A stretch of 64,000 bases of DNA, from contig CM059425.1 of assembly GCA_030390025.1 (NCBI GenBank), forward strand, positions 43,462,001-43,526,000, in the 5' to 3' direction. The stretch's first letter is position 1, and each line of letters starts with the position of its first letter. The notes below the pieces were generated by a model, which saw nothing but the letters and a program-made list of their open reading frames with translations, was not told the origin of the DNA and made no database searches. Both the position numbers and the translations under genes were made by a program. Source of the DNA: Squalus acanthias. Its lineage: Eukaryota. Positions 10,199 through 21,838 of this stretch are shown here, in pieces.

Positions 10199-11579
10199 AT
10201 AATCTCATACACCTGATGTATCTGTTCAAAAGACGTTGTGTGATGTGGACTCTCAATCCCCACCCAAGTAGAGGAAAAATAACACATGAAAAAAGAAAAG
10301 GACTTTCGTCCTATTGGAGCACATGAAATAATCACAGAGGCAAGCAATGCTCACTGAAGTAAATTGAAATGAGTTGCAAAAAATTATTTGTCGTCAACCC
10401 CATGCTGACAGGTGAAAGCAAGTCGTTCATATTGTACTGGTAGTCAGGCGTGTTAGTGGCAGATCTTGCGGTCATTCTGGCAAAGGGTAAAATCAGTTCT
10501 CTTTCTTTACACTGTAACTTAACTGTTCATTTATTTTAATATAATTTATTCTGCATGCAAGAATACAATGCTCCAAATAACCTATTGTTAAATTTGTTGG
10601 GAAATATGAGTCAGGGGGTTTATTATTAGGTTTGTACCTCGCGCAATGTCCTCATCAGACTTCAAAGGCTGCTTGCAGTGATACAGTTTAACACCCTGCT
10701 GTAACAGATAACTGTTTGAGTCAGCATGGCAATATTTAATAACCTTTCAAGACTAAATCCTCTGAATCCAATAGTGTGATAGCTAACACTGCTAACGTTT
10801 TATTCTCAAGCATAGATAAAATGGTGATATTAAGTATCTAATACAATGTTATCTCCCAGTTAGCAGAGATTATTGGTTGCTACCCTATATCTGACCCTCA
10901 AGTTGAGATTTAACCAGTCGGTGTAGTGCGAAATCAGTTCTGAGTTCCACTGACACCTCAATATCATTTCCAGTAATCCCCGAAGTTAAGGAGCATTAAA
11001 CCCGATAAATAGAGAATTTCGCAATGAAACTGGAAAATGAAAGTAATCAGAGTGTGAAATCTGTCAACTGAAGCCCCATTCTACAAGGATTAAATTGTAC
11101 TCTTTTTGCTCCAAAACTTGTTCAATTTAAGCTAAATTGTGGGGTTTAGGCCCTATTCAATACAACAGGATTAGCACTTACCTGATCCTCGAAATCTTAA
11201 CAGCGCAGCTGTTTTTGAATGATAGCTTGTGTTTGTAAACAGCTCAAAAGAGCTCCCCTTCCTGTTTCTCCCTATTGTTTAATTATCCCATATATCAATT
11301 TTAGTTTAGTTTTTCTGAGAAATATTACTGGTCATTGTCTTTCTTCATTCTTTGTTAATTCTTTTGGTTTTCCTGTGCCACGTGCTTGCACATTGTTAAT
11401 GCAGCTTCACACCCAACCTCCAGCAGATTTTCAGCAGTGCCCCAGCATGACTTGTCCAGTTTTTGCTCTTGTCCTTTGGGGAATTTTCGGCCGCTGCTCA
11501 GATCATCTTCAGGCAGCCCAAATGAAATCAGAAACTCACCGTTTACAGTGCATTGATAGCCCAATACAACACATCACCA

Positions 11580-11765
11580 GACTTGAGTATATTGTTGAGT
11601 ACATTCAAGACCGAGGTCGATAAATTTTTGGGAACAAAGGGAACTAAGGGATATAGGGATAGTACGGGAAGGTGGAGTTGAGGTAGAAGATCATGATCTT
11701 GCTGAATGGCGGAGCAGGCTTGAAAGGCCAAATGACCTTCTCCAGCTCCTATTTCTTATGTTCTA
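11580..11765 (+). mobile_element. CR1 LINE 3' end
   Basis: gaatggcggagcaggct..ctcctatttcttatgttct tail. Confidence 0.85.
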
Positions 11766-12606
11766 CTTCTTGCTAACGTCTGTTCTGAAAAATGTTACTC
11801 AAGATTTTATAAAATGCACACTTTACCATTCAATGTAGAGCTTGATTATTATAATTTTTGCTGATAATGCCGTTACAATATAAAATCCATACTAATCCTA
11901 GTTCATACATCAAACTTTAATTTAACATTAGTCCAACATTTTTGATTAAAAACTCAGGAATTAAAAATCATTGATTGGCAAATAGACAGCGACCCCCTCC
12001 CCTTAACTGTATGTTACACGGTTTCAAAATTTAACATATTACATCCTAAATAAGACTGCAATAATGTGAAAGGATTTATAATTTATCACATTTGTTCTGG
12101 AAACCAATAGCCTATATTAGTCTTGACATTCTGTGACCTATAGCTGGGTTGGAATTTAATAACAACTGGCCTTGGGCATGCTGTGGTATGAAACAGGTCC
12201 CATTGCTGAAATCTGCCACTAGATTATCCAACAAATCAGACTGTTAATCTATGATTCCTACAATCTGTGACCTTTGAACTGCTCAGTATATGTGGGAGAA
12301 GTCTGAAAACAAAAACGTATTGCTTTTTGTATTAAAAATGCATAAGTCACAAATTACCATGGCAGCAAGACCACCCAATAGCAAGAGATTGTCACTGTAC
12401 AATACTTCTCCTTCATTTTGCTATTTTGATAAGAACAGAAAACTTTTATCACTTCATGGCTGCTTTATTCCTCCTTCCTGTTATTTAAATTTAAACCACA
12501 ATTTTCTTGAGTTCCTACTGGCATTTGTAGGAAACAGATTGAGCCATTTTACTCAGCCTGCCCTCATCTCTTACTCATATCACTCTCATGGCCCCGATTT
12601 TAACTC

Positions 12607-12832
12607 AGGGTGAGTGGGAAGTGTGGGCCAGGCAGGGTGAGTGGGGAGTGTGGGCCAGGCAGGGTGAGTGGGGAGTGTGGGCCAGGCAGGGTGAGTGGGG
12701 AGTGTGGGCCAGGCAGGGTGAGTGGGGTGTGTGGGCCAGGCAGGGTGAGTGGGGAGTGTGTGCCAGGCAGGGTGAGTGGGGAGTGTGGGCCAGGCAGGGT
12801 GAGTGGGGAGTGTGGGCCAGGCAGGGTGAGTG
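12607..12832 (+). repeat. 27-bp G-rich minisatellite, about 8 copies, inside a probable MITE (about 12591-13160)
   Basis: Unit cagggtgagtggggagtgtgggccagg; TIR-like ggccccgatttt just upstream. Confidence 0.95.
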
Positions 12833-14189
12833 GCAAGCTTACCCAAGTTCGCCAACACAAGGCCTGTGCCATTTTAGACCCCCCCCCCGGTATTATTTAA
12901 ATATACCCACTCCTTCCCGCCTGTGATTCTGGATTACTGCTGGTTCCCCACTTCCACCCTTCTCTGATTCCATATTACTGCTGGTTCCCCATTCCCTCCT
13001 CATTCTGGGTTACTAGTTCCTCACTCCCACCCTCCTCCGATTCCATATTTTTCCTGTTTGCCCACACCTTCCCTGTGCCAATGACATGAGGCTGGTGGGC
13101 GGGAGTCAGTGAGCATGGCAGGATTTACATTGAAATCAGTGGAAATAAAAATCGAGTGCTTTCTATAATAGGTGGCCGAAATATACCTCCATGTCTCAAA
13201 GCTAATATAACATATGAAAGCAAACAATATGGCGTCTGCCCGGTTTGGTGTCCCCACCATTCTAATCAATATTCTAAATAGTTTTAAATGTTAGTTCAAC
13301 AAAAAAATGCTTCACCTCTGGGAGTTAACCCTTTGTAAGCTGAACCCAACCTTCATACTAATATCATAACATGCATTAAAACAAAATCCCTTCCAGGCTG
13401 TAGGTAAAAGTCCCAAAATGCTACAGGGCTAAAGCTTTACTGAATAAAATATTGAATAATTTACAGATCCAGCTCAGCTGAAAGCAAACTGACATCTCCA
13501 TAGAGCCAGTCTGGTACTGGTCTTGGCCACTTTCTAAGCCATGTGAACAGATACCGAAAAGGCCTGAACTGAATCCAAATGATTAAAATGCCAGTAAAAG
13601 CATTGAAACAGTAAAATTTGTAAGTGGAACTTTTCCACATATGCAATAATAGCCATCAGCTGCTTTTAGAGATGATTAGTGAGCGTTTACTGCCAGGTGG
13701 TGTTGTCAATACACTTCAAATATGTATGAAGTTTTCTTTGGCCATCTCATATTTTTGAAGCCAATTTTAAAAATGTGGTTTTCTGTGTGTTTAATGTCAT
13801 TCTGCACTGTATTGAAATATTGATTTTCAAACACATAAAGCTCTTAGATTTGCAGCAGTAAGCATTGTACCTTTGCTATGTGGTGACAAAGTATGATTAG
13901 CATGTTTCCAAAGCACATAATGGCTGCTGTCTGTAAGTGGGAAACATCTATTTTGAAATTGCTCTTTACATAAAGGTGAAATACAAAAAATGAATTTGTT
14001 TCAAGTGCTATTGATCTGTGTATATTAAACATGTTGTTTGGAGCCTGATTCCTGTAGCGTCAAGTTCAATAATAATAACTGTACTAAATAATATGGTGTA
14101 ATAGCCAATTAGTCCAATACACATTTACAGTTGGACCGCACGTGCAAAGAGTTCTTTTGTGGTCACAATAAAACACTTTAGGAAATAAT

Positions 14190-14912
14190 GGCCCGGATTT
14201 TGTGGTGGGTATGATGGCGTGCTCTCAGAGTACGCCATCATACCGCCTTTGAAATCCACCGCAAGTTCGGGATTTCCGTGTGCGCTTGTGCTAAATCCTG
14301 AACTCACGGTCTGTCAACGTACGCATTGACAGACCATCCGAACCGCCACTGAAAACCTAATTGCTGGCGCAGAGTTGGGCTAATTGCCCACCAACTGCCC
14401 AGCAATTATGTATGGAAATTTTATGGCACAGAGCCTGTTTCCACAGTGTAAGAGGATATCCAAAATGGAAAAAAATACTTAAAAAAAATTCAATGACATC
14501 CAGGAACTTTAAAAGCTTTAATGAGAAGCAACCCCAGTGTTTGTTAAAGCTGCAGGTTTTTTTAAAATAACCTTTACATTTCATAACTTTCTGCACAGTA
14601 TTTTTTTAGAAGTGGGAATTATGAGTAATGAATTGGATTCCCACGATAAAAGCTAAATCTGTATGTATTTTAAAAGCTGTAGTAATGAAGTAATGTAGTA
14701 ATTTAAATGAATGAAAGACAATCTGTTTTCTGATTGGAGGACCAGGCCCACGTGATCCCAGGTACGCTTCTGCACAGGCTGCGTCGCTGGATCTGTGGGG
14801 CATTACGCTGCCCTCCGCCTCGCAGCGTCAGAGCGCAAGTTTACGCAGGAGGGCCGCTATCAGCTAGATGCGTATTCTTTTCGCAGGTTGGCCGAACGCA
14901 AATTTCTGGCCC
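14190..14912. mobile_element. Harbinger-type MITE
   Basis: ggcccggatttt / aatttctggccc termini, TSD AAT, AT-rich centre. Confidence 0.8.
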
Positions 14913-15346
14913 AATATCTTCACAAATTCAAGGGTAAGTATTATGGTTCTGGAAAATTCAGAGTTTGGCTCTAAAAATACTTGATTGTTTATGTGGGTGG
15001 TATTTATTCTCAAGAGCAGTGGGCCTGAAGTTCCATGGTGCTATTTACACCAGTGTTACACCCGTGGGATGGGAATGCCGTCCGCCCCCCCCCCCACCCC
15101 CCCACCACCCCGATGTTGCCCACTGCTGACCCTGCTGTGAATTGTGGGGTTCGTCGGTTTTAATATCTATTGGTGGTTCAGTAGTGCAACTCCTGTGCAA
15201 CATATGCATAGTGCGCTGGATTGGGCCTAGGAAATGAGGAGTGCAGCCTTTGCAAGGCCAATTCTGGATGAAGATTGCAGCAGCAGGCTGGGGGAGCAGC
15301 AGGTAAGTAGGAAAGAATCTGCCACAGTGAGTTGACTGCCAGATAG

Positions 15347-15506
15347 CTGTAATGGGTAGATTGTTGGGCACTAAGGGAATCAAGGGATATGGGGATAGGG
15401 CGGGAAAGTGGAGTTGATGCAGAAGTTCAGCCATTATCTTATTGAAGGGCGGAGCAATCTTGATGGGCCGTATGGCCTACTCCTGCTCTTATTTCTTATG
15501 TTCTTA
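15347..15506 (+). mobile_element. CR1 3' end nested in the Harbinger element
   Basis: KGIKGYG end and atttcttatgttctt tail. Confidence 0.85.
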
Positions 15507-15584
15507 ATGGGTGGCTTATGTGTGATTTTGTGCCACTTTTGAAGCACGTCTTCAAGTGGAAGGCCTGGCAGAGGTGCTCAAAGA

Positions 15585-15835
15585 ATGGAGCATGGCATTG
15601 CAAAGAGGCAGCAAAAAAGGGTGCCCAATTTCAATGAGCCCGACCTTCAGACAATCCTGGATGAAATGCAGCAAAAGAGAAAGAGAGAGAGACTGCTGGG
15701 TGCCCATATGAGGAAACCACAGAGATATTTCTCACATGCCATGTGGAGGAAGGTGGCAGTGGCACTGAGTGCCACCTCTCTCTCCAGAATTCAGATCAAT
15801 GTCAAAAAGAATCTAATGACCTGATGACAGCAGGC
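15585..15835 (+). pseudogene. Harbinger Myb/SANT-like DNA-binding protein relic
   Basis: KRVPNFNEPDLQTILDEM..MWRKVAVALSA. Confidence 0.8.
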
Positions 15836-16439
15836 AAGATAACATGCTAGTCACTCTCCATGGGCACTATGGCCCTAGCACACTGTTCACCCTCTAAGAT
15901 GAACTGTTGCACACTGTAACCCTTCAGACTGCACTGTTATTAAGGGGATCACTAACTCGGGATCTTACAGAAAGTGTCGCCATCTCCCCTAATTGCAGTT
16001 ACTTATAACCCTTTCCTCCACTTTAATAGAATGTCTGATTCCACCTGGGAGACATTCCTCAATGCTAGCTGTCATCAAATTCCTCAATCCTATTACAGGA
16101 GCAACTTGCTCGCAATGTTCATGAAAGGCAGGGGACCGGAGGGGGCATATCAGTGAAGCTTTTTCTTTGTTACAGGCATCAATGGAACATGTGGCAACTT
16201 CAATGGAATCTGCAAATACTCCTCACCTCAGGAGTAGCCCAGGACCAGTTGTTGACACCACCTTCACGGGAGAACAGATTGCTGCGCTGGTTGTAGTGGG
16301 GACAGATTTGGAAGCACACTGCGTACTGGCTTTCAAATGTTGGAGGCCAGGGTGCAGAATGCTGTCTCTCAGGGCTTTCAGGATTGGATAGCTGCCATTA
16401 GACCAGCCCCGCCACCTATCAGTGGACAAACAGAGCCAG

Positions 16440-17400
16440 AGCCCAGTGGAATGGCGACAGTTGCAGGCTACCTGCATGATACTTGGTCTGGAGCATATTT
16501 CAAAGCCCCGCCTGATCTATCAAGGCAGCAAAGCACCCCTTTAAAACCTCGAAGGCTCTCTTAATGACCATTCTGGTAGAGGCATGCACCTTGCATTACT
16601 TCTCAGCTGCTGTTCTTACAACTGTTGGAGTGGTCATTATCCATGGGAGCAACCCTTGTCATCCACAAGCCACTCGCTCACTTGACTATCTTCCTTGAAG
16701 AGCTCAGGAAAGGCAGTATTCCTGAGGATGAAAGCATCATGGCAATTTCCAGCAAACCTGGCATTCACATGAAGGACTCTTTGCATTGTGGCAACACACA
16801 ATCTGGACAATCAGCGAGTGGTACTCCTTTTTGTTAACAAAGTTGAAGGGATTGATGGTTAGAGCTCGCAATGGTATGTGAGTTCCATCTATTGCAGCCT
16901 GCACTTCGGGGAACTCAGTGATGTGGGAAAACTGGATGGCCTTATCATGCTGCTGCCTTGCTGTTATGCCAAACTGGGTGACTTCCCTCGGACTCCTATA
17001 AAGTGTGCCAGTTACTTGATGATTACATGCCTGGATGGTACCATGGGTGATATTGCACCCATCCCCCATGGCTGCTTGAAATAAGTCTGTGGCATAAAAG
17101 TTGGGTGTGGTCATCACTTTCACAGGCAGAGCTGTCTGGGCAGATAGTCTTGGCCGCAGGTCTTCATGTAGATCCTGGCACAGATCCTCTGCTACTGCTT
17201 TGGTGAATCAACCTCCTCTAACACAGAGCTCCGCACTAACGTCTTCTTACGATCTGGGTGACTTGCAATTTTTTTGGGGAGGGGTAACATCTTGTAGGGT
17301 ATGGCTGATTCTGGCAACAGGAAGCGTCTTTTATGGCTGCAATGGGAGCACAGACCTTGGGATTTGGAAACTCCAATGCTGCTTATTCTAACACATGGTA
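16440..17400 (-). pseudogene. Harbinger (HARBI1-like) DDE transposase relic
   Basis: FPEVQAAIDGTHIPL, FVNKKEYHSL, PGNCHDAFIL, WLVDDKG, CLDRSGGALKY in shifting frames. Confidence 0.9.
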
Positions 17401-18258
17401 ATGAGTTCCCAGCAACACGGCAATTGCACAAATAGAAGGCCATAGGTCAGGTTGGGAATGACAGCGCAGCCATTACAGGGCAGAAACCTGGCCAAAATGG
17501 GTCCTGCCCAGAAGACAACCACATAATTGCTGGTGCACTTATTTGACACCAGAAATTCACCAAACACGGTGAGTAAATTCAGGGCCAGTGTGTCTTAACA
17601 ATTGATATATAACACCAATTAATTTGAGCAAAAATGTTTGACAGTTAATTTGTAAGATCCTTTCTGGCAGAATCCCAAGTGTTAAAATGAATACATCTGG
17701 TTTCTGTCGACATATCTCAACAATATCAAGTGGACATTTATGTGCAACTTTTATCAATATTTTGCTATGTTGAGCTGTGCCCTGTTCCTAGTGTTTTAAT
17801 AGTGCTTTTAATAGTGCACACTGAATATGAAATCAATGTCATCTTGTGATGCTAAAAAGATCCAATATCCTGTTTGTGTGAAAGCCTTCTATAGCAGCTT
17901 ATCTAATGATATCAAGAGACCACGTGATCAAAAATTCACTAACACTGAATTGAAGCTGCCAAAATACTTAATAGTTGAGCTGCAGATTCAACTAGTATGT
18001 TATTCCATATTGTACTCGGAGAACATCAAACCTCTGTATTTTTATTTATCAAGTTTATGCTTTACTATTGCTGTACCGAATAGTAATTACTGTAACCAAC
18101 GTTTAACCCTTTCTATATATTGTTAGCTGGTTCTCCACAATAGCAGTAGTCTGCAGCACAGTGCATTGGGGGGAACCAGCTCATCGTGCCACAAAGTGGT
18201 AGGATGCAGGCTCTCACCGGCCATTCTACTCACAATGAGTTTTCAATCCAGACGGGGC

Positions 18259-18838
18259 TACTGGTAGAAGGTGGCAGGCAGAGCAGACACTGGTAGAAGG
18301 TGGAAGGCAGGGCAGACACTGGTAGAAGGTGGCAGGTGGAGTAGACACTGGTAGAAGGTGGCAGGAGGAGTAGACACTGGTAGAAGGTGGCAGGCAGGGC
18401 AGACACTGGTAGAAGGTGGCAGGCAGGGCAGACACTGGTAGAAGGTGGCAGGCAGGGCAGACACTGGTAGAAGGTGGCAGGAGGAGCAGACACTGGTAGA
18501 AGTTGGCAGGTGGAGTAGACACTGGTAGAAGGTGGCAGGAGGAGCAGACACTGGTAGAAGGTGGCAGGAGGAGCAGACACTGGTAGAAGGTGGCAGGAGG
18601 AGCAGACACTGGTAGAAGGTGGCAGGAGGAGCAGACACTGGCAGAAGGTGGCAGGAGGAGCAGACACTGGCAGAAGGTGGCAGGCGGAGCAGACACTGGT
18701 AGAAGGTGGCAGGAGGAGCAGACACTGGTAGAAGGTGGCAGGAGGAGCAGACACTGGTAGAAGGTGGCAGGCAGGGCAGACACTGGTAGAAGGTGGCAGG
18801 CAGAGTAGACACTGGTAGAAGGTGGCAGGTGGGGCTGA
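18259..18838 (+). repeat. 29-bp minisatellite, about 20 copies
   Basis: Unit gacactggtagaaggtggcaggaggagca with cagggca / tggagta variants. Confidence 0.97.
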
Positions 18839-18888
18839 CACGAAGTGAGATAGCCACCTGCTTGCCTTCATGGTTGATGGGTGATATA

Positions 18889-19209
18889 GAAGAAAGAAAG
18901 ACTTGCATTTATATAGCACCTTTCACGACCTCAGGCCATCCCAAAGTGCTTTACAGCCAATGAAGTACTTTTTGAAGTGTAGTCACTGTTGTAATTTTGG
19001 AAATGAGGCAGCCAAATTGTGTATTGCAAGGTCCCACAAACAGCAATGTGATAATGACCAGATCATCTGTTTTTTAGTGATGTTGGTTGAGGGATAAATA
19101 TTGGCCAGGAATCTGGGGATAACTCCCCTGCTCTTCTTTGAATAGTGCCATTGGATCTTTTACGTCACCTGAGAGGGCAGACTGTGCCTCCATTTAACGT
19201 CTCATCCAT
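18889..19209 (-). mobile_element. DeuSINE, 5' truncated
   Basis: Reverse complement of the 7700-7950 region plus tail. Confidence 0.85.
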
Positions 19210-21099
19210 AAGGGAGCTTAAAAGGATTGAGAGGGGAAATAAGTTTTTTTTAAAAAGGGAGTCAATCTTTAGAATAAAGTAGCACGGCAAAGGCTTCAAT
19301 TATGAAGATATCATGTTGAGTGTCAAGGTTGATCTAGATCAGATCAGCCTGGGAACATGACAATTTAAGCCCTAATTATAATGCACTGATGATTGCACTA
19401 GTATGAGTTATGAAGTCCTTGAGTATTTAACTGGCTGACATGATATTCCTCAGATAGTATCACCAGTAATCCATGGCATAACCTTTCTTTTTGTTAATTA
19501 GAAATTTTCCCTGTTAGACAGCCGAAGAGGTTACGTATATGCAGTGCCCAAAGTGCACGGCAAGAATGACCATATCCCAAGTGCCTTTTCACACCTGCAC
19601 TTCTCGGTTACACTTTCAGCCATGTCTGTGAGAACTGTGAAAAGGATATCAAGGGTCTGCCTGAAGCAGTAATGGAGATATAGTCAAACTACATCTCCCA
19701 CTGGGTGATGGCAGCTGAAAGTACTTACAATGATTATGATTAATTTCATCAGCACTCAATTTGCTTTAATATTTTCTTCCTTTTCTGTGTGCATAGAGAT
19801 AATTTTGTTCTCACAGTGAATTCAGCATGACAGCTTAATTGGCTCAGACAAGCTTAAGCCTGAAATGAATCTGTAATATTAATATGCTATTGACCGCAGC
19901 TATGGATTAAGCAAACTAAGGGCACAGTAAGTGAATGACTGAACAGGATCTTTGTGGTTAGTTTGAAGATTTAAAAAGTCATAGGTAGTAATCAAGAAGA
20001 TTATTTTCTCACTGGTACACAGTATTTGCTTGGGGATTCTTAAAGGGCCGGTAGCCTTTTGTAGTGACTGCGCTTAAAGAGACAAGTATCACTTTGTGTT
20101 GACCTACTGCTCGGATGTTAGTTAAAGCTTTAGTCCAAATCTATCATTTGGCACAAAGTTCTTGGACAATATCTTTTGGTCTGAAAACAAAGGCTACCAA
20201 ATATATAATTGCCGACATGATAATTTCATTGCATTTTCAATCCTAATAGTTAAAATATTTAATAAACCCCCCGCAAAAATCAGCGTTGCTTCTCACATTG
20301 TGAGAGAACAGTGCTTAACGCTGTGTGATTGCCCCCAGCAATGAATAGGGAAGATTTTCAGCACTATACCCCTTTAATATAGATTTGGTTGATTGGTCAT
20401 TTGTGTTTATTTCAAAGCTGTTACCATGGTACGATACACGTGTTCTTGTGGCACTACTTAAATGCTTCTTTTGATTCTTATTTGACTGGTTAAACATATT
20501 GATTTTAAAAAATTGAACTGCATTTGGTTCCTACCTCTACTCACTTCATGCAGATGCAGCATTTCAGTGATTGAACAAAAGGAAGAGGCCAGTCATGCAT
20601 ACCAATATATGCTACACCCTCATTAGAACAGTCTCCTTAGGAGACATGTGCTCACTGTGCTGTAATGAGGTGCATACTGGAGCAAGGATCTTTTAACACT
20701 GCATACAACACAGCATGAACAAGTCAGTAGCCAAGGCCTGCTAGACTTATTATAACTGGGACATTGTTATAACTGAGAGCCTTATAATGAGGGTGGCATA
20801 TAGGAGTTTATACCATTCAGGAGGTGCTTTTTATAAATTTTCACACAGTTTCATTCCATGGGTTTGTGTGGTAATTTCACTGCTTAGCAACTGCAGTGAA
20901 GTTAAAACTATAATACAACTTATGAATTATCACTTAATGTATTGATCCAAAATACACTTAGAAAAAGTACCAATTAATCCCTCTTTCCCAGGAAGAGATC
21001 ATTGTACCAGTGACAGTAAATTACTGAGGTTCTTCCACTCATGCAAAACACTGTCAGAATGGTGCTCCCAGGTTTGACCCTTCCCCCCGCCTTGATAAT

Positions 21100-21832
21100 G
21101 AACCATCCCATATTCATAGAACGAGTCTTTTGATAAATGTTACTTTAATTGCGTACGCGCCCATAGGGGCTTCACAAGTGCCGGGTTTAGGCAGGCGAAG
21201 CGCATGCGCTGAAACCCAGCACTTGCGATCTGTCAAGAATTCTCTTGACAAATCATCCGCCTGCCCAAGAAAAGTGCCTCTGCGGGTGGAGAGTTCCGCT
21301 TTTTGCACAACTTCCACCCGCTGAATGACTCAAATTCTTATGCCTGGTAAAAGTAGGCGTAAGGCCTGCTTTTACCAGCTTAAGAGTGTTGCAAAATAGA
21401 GAAATTAAATTTGATAACTCATTTATAAATTAAAAATACTCTTCAAAAAGGTAAGTTTATTTTTAGACCCCTAAAAACATTTAATTTTTTTCCAAAAAAT
21501 TAAAATTTTTTTTAATTAAATGGAATTTTAATTAATTTTAATTGTGTAATTTTTAAAAAAAATGTTTTTTTATGTTTTAGTGTGTTTTTAAATGTGATCC
21601 CCATTCATACTTTTGACAGTTCTGTCCCGATAGGCCTGTCAAAAGTATGAAGAGGGATTCCCTTCTTCGAACCGCATGCGCCCCTGGGATACCTGGGCCT
21701 CTGCGCATTTCCAACAGGACAGGCCCAGGATCGCAAGTGTCGGGATCCACGGAACCAGCAGGTAGGTTCGTAGATTTTTTTCTGATCGGAGGCATCCACA
21801 TGCAGGAAGCCTCCGATCGGAAATTCAGGGCC
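21100..21832. mobile_element. Harbinger-type MITE (left end unclear)
   Basis: Right TIR aaattcagggcc; GC-rich arms, AT-rich centre, similarity to 14190-14912. Confidence 0.65.
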
Positions 21833-21838
21833 ATTGGG

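Larger units (their letters stand above)
7513..10571. repeat. Large inverted duplication (arms of roughly 390 bp) interrupted by nested insertions
   Basis: Left arm pieces 7513-7555, 8173-8340 and 8603-8770 are the reverse complement of 9296-9306 plus 10202-10571; about 90 percent identity by eye. Confidence 0.92.
15021..17586. mobile_element. Decayed autonomous-type PIF/Harbinger transposon
   Basis: TIRs gggcctgaagtt / aaattcagggcc, TSD AGT; convergent Myb/SANT and DDE transposase relics. Confidence 0.88.

Noticed and set aside
12586-12926. PTHPAW / GEWGVW repeat proteins
   Set aside because: Artefacts of the 27-bp minisatellite
13461-13646. Hydrophobic 61-aa minus-strand ORF
   Set aside because: Weak donor and no recognisable homology
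18226-18919. Long Cys/Pro-rich ORFs in three frames and a CRISPR-like look
   Set aside because: Translation of a 29-bp tandem repeat; no unique spacers, no cas genes, eukaryotic context
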